A stretch of DNA of 64,000 nucleotides from Thermoanaerobaculia bacterium (lineage in GTDB: Bacteria > Acidobacteriota > Thermoanaerobaculia > Multivoradales > Multivoraceae). The DNA is taken from positions 3,232,001 to 3,296,000 of the forward strand of contig OY761158.1 of NCBI GenBank assembly GCA_963664405.1. The letters are read 5' to 3'. Of this stretch, positions 42,482 to 52,199 are shown one piece after another. A program made the translations under genes and the position numbers. Positions within the stretch are counted from its first letter, which is position 1, and each line of letters opens with the position of its first letter. The notes beneath the pieces are model-generated. The model searched no databases, was not told where the DNA came from, and saw nothing but the letters and a program-made list of their open reading frames with translations.

Positions 42482-43468
42482 GTGACAAGTTTGCACCACA
42501 AACTCGGGAGCACTCTGTTCGGGCTCCTTCTCGGCGCAGTGGGTCTGTACTTGGCTTTCCGGGGCTTCGACCTTGACGAGCTTCTTGCCGTCCTCGGTCA
42601 GGTCGAGTGGGCTTGGATCGTGGGCGCCCTCGGGCTGACCGTCGCCGGCTTCGTCGTGCGCGGATGGCGATGGCGGACGCTTCTGCTTCCTCTTACACAC
42701 GCGACGCTGTGGGCCACCACCGCGGCGACGATGATCGGCTACTTCGGCAACAACGTGCTCCCGGCACGCCTCGGCGAGATCATGCGCGCCTACGTTCTCG
42801 CGCAGCGCCAGAAGAACATCGACACCGCCGTCTGCATTGGCTCCATCGCTGTCGAGCGCCTTCTCGATCTGGTCGCGGTCGCGATCCTCGCGGCACTCTC
42901 CATCCCGGCCCTCGGAAGCGACACCTTGTCGCTGGCCTCCTGGCTACCCGCTGCTCTCGCCACTCTCGTAGCTTCCGCTATCCTTTGGGGAGCCTCCCAC
43001 TCCCAGGCGCTGCGGCGACGCCTGCGCACTTGGTCACCGCCTCCAGAGAACTTCCCGGGTCGCTTCGGCGGACTCGTGGGCTCCTTCCTCAAGGGGCTAT
43101 TAGTGCTTGGCGAGAACCCGCACACAGGCGCTTTGCTCTTGCAGACGCTGATCCAATGGCTCGGCTATGTGGCAGGTGTCTGGATGCTTGCCCGCGGCGT
43201 CGGGCTACCTCTTTCCCTTGGCGAGGTCGGCGCGGTGATGGTGGCCACCAGCCTGGCCATCTCGATTCCGGCGGCACCCGGCTACGTCGGCACCTTCCAC
43301 GCGGCAAACGTGCTGCTACTTTCGGAAGTGCTGACCTACGACCCGGCCCAGGCCCAGACATTCGCAATTCTCAGCCACGCTGTGAGCTGGGTTCCGTCGG
43401 TTTTCCTGGGTGCCGCGGTTCTGGTCAGAGAGCCGGTTCGTCTGCGCGATCTCGATTTTACCGATTGA
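42482..43468 (+). CDS. Lysylphosphatidylglycerol synthase TM-domain (UPF0104, flippase-like) protein
   Basis: RGWRWR.LL, GYFGNNVLPARLGE..R, ERLLD, P..PG.VG.F. Confidence 0.87.
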   Translation: MTSLHHKLGSTLFGLLLGAVGLYLAFRGFDLDELLAVLGQVEWAWIVGALGLTVAGFVVRGWRWRTLLLPLTHATLWATTAATMIGYFGNNVLPARLGEIMRAYVLAQRQKNIDTAVCIGSIAVERLLDLVAVAILAALSIPALGSDTLSLASWLPAALATLVASAILWGASHSQALRRRLRTWSPPPENFPGRFGGLVGSFLKGLLVLGENPHTGALLLQTLIQWLGYVAGVWMLARGVGLPLSLGEVGAVMVATSLAISIPAAPGYVGTFHAANVLLLSEVLTYDPAQAQTFAILSHAVSWVPSVFLGAAVLVREPVRLRDLDFTD

Positions 43469-43482
43469 CTACGTACTTTTCT

Positions 43483-43620
43483 CCTTCTGCCCGCTGGCGG
43501 CGTTGGCTAGGCGCCCCCGCGCTCCTCGACATATTGCCCAATATGCTTGCGTCGGCGCGCCTGGCCAGCGAACAGAATGACCTCGAGCTATGCAACACGA
43601 ACTTGGAAACGCTGGTCTAG
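43483..43620. repeat. Degenerate third copy of the CTAG-bounded palindromic element
   Basis: Core ccttctgcccgctg...ctcgacatattgcccaatatgc...cagcgaacagaatgacctcgagct matches copy 1; ends at the CTAG containing the stop of the GT2 gene; left arm lost. Confidence 0.7.
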
Positions 43621-45050
43621 TCGGCCGCAGAGCCCTCGGACCGGCGGACGATCGCGATAAGGGAGACTCCACGCCAGGGCAGGATTCTCTCGAGCAGCTT
43701 GAACAGCCATACCGACCAATCCACGAGCTTGAGCTGGAAGCGGCCGAAGTGCCGGCGGCGAAGAATCTTGCCGTTGAACCACCAGCCTGGCATCGAGGCC
43801 TTGTTGAAGCCGAAGAGCCTCTCGATCTCGAAGCCGGCTGCCTCGAGAGCCGCTGTCAGCGTCTTGCGGGTATAGCGGCACCTGTGCTCGAGGGTTTCGT
43901 CAAGAGTCCCGTAAAGCCATGGACCCTGCGGGACAAGGATGATCGCTCGTCCGCCCTCTCCGAGGGCGGATCGGATGTTGGTGAGCGCCGTGGCCTCGTC
44001 GGGTACGTGCTCCAAGACATTGAGGCACACCACTGTGTCGTACTTCTCTTCATGGCCCTCGAACGTGGCGGGGTTGTCGAGGTCGAGAGTGGCAACGTCC
44101 ATGTAGGGGCGGAACTCGCTCAGGCTGTTCAGATAGGCGAGATAGTGGGGATTGATGTCGGTCGCCGTGTAGTGCTCGCGAGGGATCAAGACGTTCGAGA
44201 TGTTGCCGAGACCCGCTCCGATCTCGAGTACCCGAGTCCCCACGTACGGCCGGATCTCCTCTCCCATCCAGCGGTTGAAGCGCGGCGTTCCGGAGAGTGA
44301 CACCAAGATGTTGGAGCCAAACTCGTCGTCGGTGTAGAGATCGTCCACGATCCACCAGTGAAGCATAGCGCCAAAGGCGAGAGCGCCGTCCCAAAAGCCG
44401 ATCTTCTTGCCCTCTTCGTAGGTCCGGCCCGCATAGGAGATCGGAACCTCGAAGATGCGAGCCTTGCGCTTCGCCAGCTTGAAGCTGAGCTCGATCTCCA
44501 GCCGGAAGTCGTTGCTACGGATGGGGATGGACTTGAGTAGCGGGGTGCGAACAGCCTTGTAGCAGGTCTCTACATCGGTCAGGTTGAGGTCGGTACAGAG
44601 ATCGGCAACGAAGGTGATCAGGCGATTGCCCAAGGTGTGGCGAAAGTAGAGCACTCGGCGCTGGGAGCCGCCGAGGAACCTCGAACCATAGACCGCGTCG
44701 GCCCCCTCCTCGATAAAAGGGCGGACGACGGCCACGAGGTCCTGAGGGTCGTACTCGAGGTCGGCGTCGTGAATGACGGTGACGGCTCCTTTGGCTCGAG
44801 CGATACCTGTTCGTACTGCTGCGCCCTTCCCCTGGTTCCCTTCGTGCTCCACATAGTCGATACGCTGCGGGTACTCGGCAGCGAGCTCGCGCAATATCTC
44901 TCGGGTCCCATCCGTCGAACCGTCGTCGACGACGATGACGTCGACCCGCTCCAGCAGCTCACTCTCGACCGCGAGCACGCGGCGGATGGACTCAGCTACG
45001 AGATAGCGCTCGTTGTAGACCGGAACGATGACGGAGAGGTAAATGCCCAT
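43617..45050 (-). CDS. GT2 (polyprenol-phosphate glycosyltransferase-like) fused to a class I SAM methyltransferase domain
   Basis: SVIVPVYNE, VDDGSTDGT, NQGKGAA, HDADLEYDP, TDVETCYK, GRTYEEGKKI; VLEIGAGLG, NVLEHV. Confidence 0.9.
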   Translation of the reverse strand: MGIYLSVIVPVYNERYLVAESIRRVLAVESELLERVDVIVVDDGSTDGTREILRELAAEYPQRIDYVEHEGNQGKGAAVRTGIARAKGAVTVIHDADLEYDPQDLVAVVRPFIEEGADAVYGSRFLGGSQRRVLYFRHTLGNRLITFVADLCTDLNLTDVETCYKAVRTPLLKSIPIRSNDFRLEIELSFKLAKRKARIFEVPISYAGRTYEEGKKIGFWDGALAFGAMLHWWIVDDLYTDDEFGSNILVSLSGTPRFNRWMGEEIRPYVGTRVLEIGAGLGNISNVLIPREHYTATDINPHYLAYLNSLSEFRPYMDVATLDLDNPATFEGHEEKYDTVVCLNVLEHVPDEATALTNIRSALGEGGRAIILVPQGPWLYGTLDETLEHRCRYTRKTLTAALEAAGFEIERLFGFNKASMPGWWFNGKILRRRHFGRFQLKLVDWSVWLFKLLERILPWRGVSLIAIVRRSEGSAAD

Positions 45051-45146
45051 GACTAGAAGACTGCGGGGGTCGCGTCCGAAGATTGCCACGAAGGGGGCCT
45101 GTGTCTCAAGGCCCACATTGACTGTATTGGTGCTGAGCGCTCCCGT

Positions 45147-47330
45147 TCAAGGTCGAAGTTGCGATTCTGGGAGACCAAGCGCGAGGGCGGTAAAGGCGTA
45201 ACGGTCGGTAAGGTTTTCTATGATCATCCAAGTGGGTTTCCCCGCCCCATGGCCCGCACGTGTTTCCACGCGCAGAAGCACGGGCTGTTCACAGCCCTGG
45301 GCGCGTTGAAGCTCGGCGGCGAATTTGTAGCTGTGCCATGGCACCACTCGATCGTCGTGGTCTCCGGTGGTAATCAGCGTAGGCGGGTAACACCTTCCAT
45401 CTTCGAGATTGTGGAGAGGCGAGTAGGAGATTTGGACTTCGAAATCTTCCTTGATCTCCGAGAGACCGTAATCGTCTGACCAGTTTCGGGCATTGGCACT
45501 GGGTAGGTGGTAGCGAAGCATGTCGAGAACGCCAACCGCAGGGAGTGCGGCGCCAAAGAGCTCCGGGCGCTGGGTCATCGCGGCCCCGACCAGGAGCCCG
45601 CCGTTGGAGCCGCCCTCGATGGCCAGCTTGGCGGACGAGGTCACTCCGCTTTCGATCAGCCATTCCGCAGCTGCGATGAAGTCATCGAAGACGTTCTGCT
45701 TGTTGAGCCGCGCACCGGCCAGATGCCACTCCTCCCCGTATTCACCTCCGCCACGCAGGTTGGCGACAGCAAAGACGCCTCCCATCTCCATCCAGACCAT
45801 GCGGCTGGTGCTGTAGGTCGGGGTGAGGGAGATGTCGAAGCCTCCGTATCCATAGAGGAGGGTCGGATTGGACCCATCGAGCTCGATCCCTTTGCGATGA
45901 GTGAGAAAGAGGGGCACACGAGTGCCGTCCTTGCTGGTAACGAAGACTTGGCGGGTTTCGAAGGCGTCGAAGTCCACTGGGATCTGTGGCTGGAAGAAGA
46001 GCGAGGACTCTGCACTGGCCACCTCGTGACGGTAGATCTGAGCAGGGCGGATAAAACTCTCGAATGAGAAGAAGGTGGCAGAGTCATGCCATGGACCGCC
46101 GAAACCGGCCGCGCTACCGACCCCCGGTAGCTCGAGCTCCCGCTCCCGTCGACCCGAAGGCAGCCAGACCTCTACCCGCGAAGTGGCATCGGACAGGTAG
46201 TGCGCGAAGAAGCGGCCTCCAACAGCGCTCGCGTTCTCGAGTACCTCGGTAGTTTCCGGGATGACCTCACGCCATCCTTGTTTCTCGCGGCGCCCGGCGT
46301 CCACGGCAATAACGCGGCCGCGCGGTGCGTCGTTGGTGGTTCGAAAGTAGAGGGTCGAGCCGTCGTTGGCGAGAAAGTCGTAGCGGGCATCCCAATCATC
46401 GAAGAACGGCCGAATGCCGCCGTCGGGCTGGCTCAGATCCCGGAGCCAGACTGCGTTCTCCAAGGAGCCCTCGGCGATGGTGATGACCAGCCATCGGCCG
46501 TCTTCGCTGACGTCGGCATAGGGGTTGCGTCCCGGATACTCAGGTTGGGCGAAGATCTCCTCGTCCTCGGACTGAGGCGCACCTAGGCGGTGGCGGAAAA
46601 CCCGAACCGGTTGCGAGCCGTCAGCATTACCTGCCGGGTCAGTGGGGTAGCTGCTGTAGTAGAAGCCCGAGGCATCGTGTTGCCAGGAGATGGAGGTGAA
46701 CTTGATGTGGGTGAGGAGGTCGCCGGTTTCTCGGCCGCTCGCGACCTCTCGCAGGTGCCAGTCGCGCCAATCCGAGCCGCCGTCGGAGGTGGCGTAGGCC
46801 AGGAAGCGAGCGTCAGGGCTGGTGGAGACTCCGGCTAGAGCGACGGTTCCGTCGTCACTGAAACGGTTGGGATCGAGGAGAACGCGAGGCTCGGCGCCTT
46901 CTTCCTCGACTACCCAGAGAACGTCCTGGTCTGCCAAGCCATCGTTACGAAAGTAGAAAGTATGCCCGGCACGACGCCAGGGCACTCCCGATCGCTCGTG
47001 GTTCCACAGCTCGGTGAGGCGGGCGTGGATTCTCTCTCTCGCCGGGATCGTCTCCAGGAAGGGCTTGGCGAGAAGGTTCTGTGCATCGACCCACTGCCGG
47101 GTCGGCTCGGCGTCGAGCTCTTCAAGCCAGCGGTAAGGGTCCGCGACCTCGACGCCATGATAGTTGTCGACCTGAGGGAAGCGCTTTGTTGGAGGGTAGT
47201 TGAGTGAGGTCTGTGGATCGCCTTTGTCAACGGTGCTCCGGGAGCACGCCATGGCTACCATCATGCCCGCGAAGAGGGCGCTCATGCACACGGCACCGGT
47301 TTCGCCGAACAGCGTTCCGTCGATCATCAT
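45147..47330 (-). CDS. Prolyl oligopeptidase (S9A)
   Basis: DPYRWLE, LLYGYGGF, NLRGGGEYGE.WH, GGSNGGLL, DHDDRVVP, AGHGAGK. Confidence 0.95.
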   Translation of the reverse strand: MMIDGTLFGETGAVCMSALFAGMMVAMACSRSTVDKGDPQTSLNYPPTKRFPQVDNYHGVEVADPYRWLEELDAEPTRQWVDAQNLLAKPFLETIPARERIHARLTELWNHERSGVPWRRAGHTFYFRNDGLADQDVLWVVEEEGAEPRVLLDPNRFSDDGTVALAGVSTSPDARFLAYATSDGGSDWRDWHLREVASGRETGDLLTHIKFTSISWQHDASGFYYSSYPTDPAGNADGSQPVRVFRHRLGAPQSEDEEIFAQPEYPGRNPYADVSEDGRWLVITIAEGSLENAVWLRDLSQPDGGIRPFFDDWDARYDFLANDGSTLYFRTTNDAPRGRVIAVDAGRREKQGWREVIPETTEVLENASAVGGRFFAHYLSDATSRVEVWLPSGRRERELELPGVGSAAGFGGPWHDSATFFSFESFIRPAQIYRHEVASAESSLFFQPQIPVDFDAFETRQVFVTSKDGTRVPLFLTHRKGIELDGSNPTLLYGYGGFDISLTPTYSTSRMVWMEMGGVFAVANLRGGGEYGEEWHLAGARLNKQNVFDDFIAAAEWLIESGVTSSAKLAIEGGSNGGLLVGAAMTQRPELFGAALPAVGVLDMLRYHLPSANARNWSDDYGLSEIKEDFEVQISYSPLHNLEDGRCYPPTLITTGDHDDRVVPWHSYKFAAELQRAQGCEQPVLLRVETRAGHGAGKPTWMIIENLTDRYAFTALALGLPESQLRP

Positions 47331-47471
47331 GGAGCGGATTCTGCCAGATATGAGATGTGAGCGCTAAAGATGAACTTCCGGCTCGAAGGAGGGTCTTCGT
47401 AACACTTTTTGTAACGTTGCAGGAGTATCGTCTCTTTGATAACGGGATGGTATCGCCGTTAAGGCGACTAG

Positions 47472-47527
47472 GCCGCGGTCACCCTGACCCCCGCAGCCAA
47501 CAGGGTGATCGCGGCTGCCACTTTTTC
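47472..47527. terminator. GC-rich stem-loop with a T-tract on the + strand (probable intrinsic terminator, possibly bidirectional)
   Basis: gccgcggtcaccctg...cagggtgatcgcggc followed by tgccactttttc. Confidence 0.5.
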
Positions 47528-47551
47528 TGCGGGCCTTACCACCTCGCTGAA

Positions 47552-48109
47552 TCAAAGCGCCAAGCTCTGGGGCGTGACGATCTCGAGCAATTCGACTGCC
47601 GGTTCATTGTCGACGTTCACGGTTGCGATTCTTCCGAACGTGGTGGGTCGCTCGCGCTTCGAGTCGACGCCGAGCGCGTCGGCAAGCTCGTGGTTCAGCG
47701 AGATGCGAAGCAGGTCGTGGGTGACGACTCGAGTCATGAATCCGTGCTCGAGGAGGATGCGCCCTAAGGGGGTGTCTCGGGCGAGGATGCGCTGACGCAC
47801 CGGCTCGTCGCTGTAGTCCAGATTCAAACGTACGATCCCGAACTGCAGGATTCTTCGCGTCTCGGGGTGCAAGAGCTGAATCTTGCGCGCATAGAAGGGC
47901 TCGGCCGTGTGCTCCGACAACACCCGTAGCTCTAGGGTGGAATCGTGGAAGCTCTCCAGGGCGACCGTCATGTGCCCGTTATGGGCCAGCATCCTGCGAT
48001 AGGGATCAGGTACTTCAGCCGCGGCGATCGACTGGGCCTCGGGGATCGCGCTCGGGGGATCACCGCAGAGACGAAAGAAATCTTCGATCCGCCGGAGTTG
48101 CTGAGGCAC
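47552..48109 (-). CDS. Chorismate lyase/UTRA-fold-like protein
   Basis: LAHNGHMTVALE, YARKI.L, FGIVRL, I.....PLGRIL pattern of the chorismate pyruvate-lyase-like fold. Confidence 0.55.
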   Translation of the reverse strand: MPQQLRRIEDFFRLCGDPPSAIPEAQSIAAAEVPDPYRRMLAHNGHMTVALESFHDSTLELRVLSEHTAEPFYARKIQLLHPETRRILQFGIVRLNLDYSDEPVRQRILARDTPLGRILLEHGFMTRVVTHDLLRISLNHELADALGVDSKRERPTTFGRIATVNVDNEPAVELLEIVTPQSLAL

Positions 48110-48222
48110 GACTCGCGGAGTCTACTCCAGCTTCGATGAGGCGATCTCCAGGCGACGTGTCCGTCGGGCCGCACGAGCACCGCGCCAGCGGGTCGCAGGC
48201 CGTAGAGGTTGCAGACACGCGA
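48110..48222 (-). pseudogene. C-terminal remnant of an FAD-dependent aromatic monooxygenase (PheA/TfdB-type)
   Basis: Minus-strand frame reads NLYGLRPAGAVLVRPDGHVAWRS with an in-frame TAG just upstream. Confidence 0.65.
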
Positions 48223-48317
48223 CGAACCCTACCGCAAGAGAGTGCCGGCTGGGGAGGCTGCTCGGCCCTGTGCTCGTCGGCTAGACTCCCCCAGCGAGGG
48301 GTCGGGCGGCGAACAAG

Positions 48318-49268
48318 ATGGCAGCACAAGAGCGCAGAATCTGGGTTGATGGGGAGCTCGTTCCGTGGGCCGAGGCCACGGTGCATGTTCTCTCCCACTC
48401 GCTGCAGCGCGGCACCCTGGTTTTCGACTACATGAGAGTCTACGAGACGCAGAAGGGTCCCGCGATCTTTCGTCTCGGCCCTCACTTGGATCGCTTAGTG
48501 CACTCGTGCGACCTCGTAGGGCTTCCACTTCGTCGAGGTGCTGGGGAGCTTGCCGAAGCGACTCGAAGCACGGTGCGGGCAAACCCCGGCAGCCACTCGG
48601 TCAAGATCAGCGCCTATCTAGCTGCGATCGAGGTTGAGGTCGTGCCCCAGGACGACCATGTTTCTGTTGCCATCGCGGCCTACGATGTGATCGAAGATGT
48701 GGTCGGGCCCAACCGTGGGTCTCATCAACAGCGAGATCTGTTGAAGCTCTGGATCGAGAGGCGCAATCGTCGCCACGATGTTCTCGCCCCGCAAGCCAAG
48801 GTCGCCAGCAACTACGGAGGGACGATGTTGGCGAAGTGGCGTGCTCGTCGTAACGGTTACGACGAGATCCTGCTTCTCTCGGAAGACGGTTCGCTGGCCG
48901 AGTCGCCGACCACCAACATTTTTCTCGTCGACGACGCGGGACGCCTACTCACCCCGCCGGCGGAACAGGTGCTGCCCGGAGTGACCCGCGCTTCGATTCT
49001 GGAGATCGCGGCAGCGGAGGGCCTCGAATGCTCCGAGGAAGGTCTCTTTCCCGAGGATCTGATGGCGGCGTCAGAGGTGTTTCTAAGTGCGACTTCAGTC
49101 GGAGTCTGGCCGGTGATCTCCGTTGACGGCCAGCCGGTCGGGAGCGGTGAGCCGGGGCCGGTCACCGCTAGCCTGCGCGAGCGATTTCAAAGAATCGTCG
49201 GGGGGGAAGATCCCGCTTACGAGCATTGGCTAGACTTCGTAACTCAGGCTGTTCAAGCGGAGAAATAG
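48318..49268 (+). CDS. ilvE: Class IV PLP aminotransferase (branched-chain amino acid aminotransferase-like)
   Basis: IWVDGELVPW.EA.VHVLSHSL, IFRL..H..RL, AKVASNY (PLP Lys), GYDE..L, E....NIF, LPGVTR, G.PGPVT. Confidence 0.8.
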   Translation: MAAQERRIWVDGELVPWAEATVHVLSHSLQRGTLVFDYMRVYETQKGPAIFRLGPHLDRLVHSCDLVGLPLRRGAGELAEATRSTVRANPGSHSVKISAYLAAIEVEVVPQDDHVSVAIAAYDVIEDVVGPNRGSHQQRDLLKLWIERRNRRHDVLAPQAKVASNYGGTMLAKWRARRNGYDEILLLSEDGSLAESPTTNIFLVDDAGRLLTPPAEQVLPGVTRASILEIAAAEGLECSEEGLFPEDLMAASEVFLSATSVGVWPVISVDGQPVGSGEPGPVTASLRERFQRIVGGEDPAYEHWLDFVTQAVQAEK

Positions 49269-49269
49269 G

Positions 49270-50458
49270 ATGCCAGGACCCCTTGACGGAATTCGAGTCG
49301 TCGATTTGACCACCATGGTCTCCGGCCCGGTTGCAACCGCGATGCTCGCGGACCAGGGGGCGGAGGTGATCAAGGTGGAGTCGCTCAGCGGCGACCAGTC
49401 TCGAAGCATCGGCAACAGGCGTAACGGCCTGACCGCCGGTTTCTTTGCCTGTAACCGGGGAAAGAAGTCACTCAGTCTCGATCTGAAGAGAGACGATGCC
49501 AAGCAGGCGCTGCGCGAGCTGGTCAAGACAGCCGACGTCTTCGTGCAGAACTTCAGGCCCGGCGCGATCGACCGCATGGGATTCGGCGAAGAGGAGGTCA
49601 GGCGGCTACGAGAAGACATCATTTATGTCTCGATCAGCGGCTTCGGAGAAACCGGACCCTACGCCCACCAGCGTGTTTACGATCCGATCATTCAGGCGTT
49701 GAGCGGAGCCACCGACATTCAGGCCGATCGGGATACCCGTCGACCCAAGATGTTTCGCATCATCATCGCCGACAAGGTGACCTCGCTGACTGCCGCCCAG
49801 GCGATCTCTTCTGCGCTTTTTGCGCGTGAGCGCACAAAGCTTTGGGCAGCACGTCAAGCTCGCGATGTTGGACACTATGGTGTCCTTTTTTTGGCCCGAG
49901 GGGATGTCGGGCCTGACTTTCGTTGGAGATGAGATCGACGTCACCAAATATCAAGGAATGATGGATCTCATCTACGAGACCAAGAACGGCTACATCACCG
50001 CCGGGGCCGTCTCCGACGCGGAGTGGCAGGGCATGTGCGCCGCCTTGAACAAGCCCGAGTGGTTGGAAGACGAGCGTTTCAAGACCACAACCGCACGCTT
50101 TCGCAACGTCGAGGAGCGCAAGCGGCTCACAGCTGTCGAGATCGCGAAGTGGGACCGCGACGAGATCCTCCGACGTCTGGACGAGGAGACAGTACCGTCG
50201 GCTCCCCTGCTCAGTCGACTCGATCTGCTCGAGGATGCTCAGATCGCAGCCAACGGCACGATCGAGATCCACGAATTCGAGAACCACGGCAAGATCCGCC
50301 TCGCCCGTCCCGCGGCTCGCTTCGATCGGACCCCGAGCGAGATCAGGGCGCCGGCGCCGCTTTTGGGAGAGCATTCCGGGGAGATCCTTCGGGGGCTGGG
50401 GTATTCCGAAGAAGAGGTGCGGGAGCTGGAGAGCACCGGAGCTGTGAGCTCGGCTTGA
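49270..50458 (+). CDS. CaiB/BaiF CoA-transferase; frameshift near 49840
   Basis: PLDGIRVVDLT..VSGP, NRGKKS, DVFVQNFRPG, ISGFG.TGP, YD.IIQA; continues GQHVKLAMLD...APLLGEHS in ORF 49820-50458. Confidence 0.88.
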
Positions 50459-50517
50459 TGCGCCGGCCCCTACTTTTGGCTGGAGTATGATCTGCGGATC
50501 TCTCTCGGCGGACATCG

Positions 50518-51963
50518 GTGGATGCGAAGGGTCAAAGGAGGCGGAGCTTGAGCAACATTCCTGAACAGAGGGAAGCCGACCTTCCAGAGCGCAAGCATAG
50601 TTTCTGGCGCATGACCGGACCGGGTGCCATCACTGTGGGCCTGGCCATCGGCGCGGGCGAGTTGGCGGTATGGCCCTGGGTAACCGCCAAGTTCGGGGCG
50701 ACCATGCTCTGGGCGGCTGCGCTCGGCGTTTTTCTACAACTCTTCATCAATTTCGAGATCGGTCGCTGGGCCATTGCCACCGGGGAGAACCCCTACACTG
50801 GCTACGCACGCGTCTCGATCAAGTTTATCTACTTCTTCCTCGGTATCGGCTTTTTCGGCTTCTTCCTCCCCGGCTGGGCACGCATGTCAGGGGTTGCGGT
50901 CAAGGCGCTGTTTTTCGGACCCGACGGGCCAGGGCCGGATTGGGTCTGGACGGCGCTGACCTTTGTCGTGATCGCCCTCGTCCTCTACGGGCCGAAGTCG
51001 ATTTACGGCGCGGTCGAGAAGGCGATCACCGGGATGGTCGTAGTGATCACGGTGGGCCTTGTCTACCTTGCCGTCAAGGTCGGCACCGTGGACGCGTTGA
51101 AAGAGATGTGGGATGGTCTCCTCAACTTCCCCCATATCGAGCTCGACGACGAGTTCACCTTCAGTCGCTTCTTCGGCGCTGTGGTCTTTGCGGGCATCGG
51201 CGGCGCCGGCAATCTCTATTACGCCTTTTACCTCAGGGATAAACAGATCGGCATGGGGGCGCGAGTTCCCAAGCTGGTGAACCCTTTGCGCCAGAAAGAG
51301 TCGGTGGGGATCCAGACCGGCTTCACCTATCGGGACACGCCGGAGAATGCGCGTCGATTCCGTGATTGGTTCCGCTTCGTTGTTCTGGACCAGACCCTCT
51401 ACTTCTGGCTGCTCAACAGCCTCACCATGTTTCTGTTCATGTTCGGGGCGCTGACTGTGCTTCGTCCTCAGGGCATCGTGCCGGCGGAAGGGCAGTTCGT
51501 CTGGGACGAGTCGGTGATGTTCGAACAGATCATGGGTAGCAGCGGCCGCTATCTCTTTCTGATCATCGGCATCGCCGCCCTCTTCAGCTCTCAGCTCGGA
51601 GGCGTCGACGGTGTGGGTAGAAGCTGGGCCTACCAGCTCAGCGTCCACTTCCCCAAGCTGGGCAAGAAGTGGACGCAGAGCCAGTTCTATCTCTTCTTCA
51701 CCGTCTTCTACATGATCTTCGGCACGCTCTCGACCATGGTGCTCGAGGTCTTCGAGATCACCGCCCTCACCTTCATCTTCAACGCCGCCTTGCTTAGCGG
51801 CTTTGTGATGGCGGTCTACGTACCTCTGACGCTGTTCATCAATCTCACGGCGCTGCCCCCCTCGGCCCGACCGAAATGGCCAAACATCATCATGATGATC
51901 ATCGCCTCCATGGTCTACATCTCCTTCGCGCTCTACACCCTCTACGACGTCTTCATTGCGTAG
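50518..51963 (+). CDS. Nramp-related (APC fold) transporter
   Basis: GPG....G..IGAGE...WP...A.FG...LW....Q...N.EIGRW..ATGE; about 11 hydrophobic helices. Confidence 0.72.
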   Translation: MDAKGQRRRSLSNIPEQREADLPERKHSFWRMTGPGAITVGLAIGAGELAVWPWVTAKFGATMLWAAALGVFLQLFINFEIGRWAIATGENPYTGYARVSIKFIYFFLGIGFFGFFLPGWARMSGVAVKALFFGPDGPGPDWVWTALTFVVIALVLYGPKSIYGAVEKAITGMVVVITVGLVYLAVKVGTVDALKEMWDGLLNFPHIELDDEFTFSRFFGAVVFAGIGGAGNLYYAFYLRDKQIGMGARVPKLVNPLRQKESVGIQTGFTYRDTPENARRFRDWFRFVVLDQTLYFWLLNSLTMFLFMFGALTVLRPQGIVPAEGQFVWDESVMFEQIMGSSGRYLFLIIGIAALFSSQLGGVDGVGRSWAYQLSVHFPKLGKKWTQSQFYLFFTVFYMIFGTLSTMVLEVFEITALTFIFNAALLSGFVMAVYVPLTLFINLTALPPSARPKWPNIIMMIIASMVYISFALYTLYDVFIA

Positions 51964-52199
51964 GGCGCTAGACCTCCTCGACGGCGAGGGCCCTGACCCA
52001 GCAGCCCTCAAGACGCTCGACGCTGAGCGGCATGCCGATGTAGAAGGCCCGGTCCTTCTTCAACTTATCGAGGTTGACCAGGGGATAGCAGACCGGGATG
52101 TTGTTGCCGAGCATGTTCCGGTGGGTCGGCGAGTTGTGAGGCTGCGGAGCTTTGAAGTCTGACTCAAAGGCGACACCTGGATAGCCGACGCCGAGCAGC

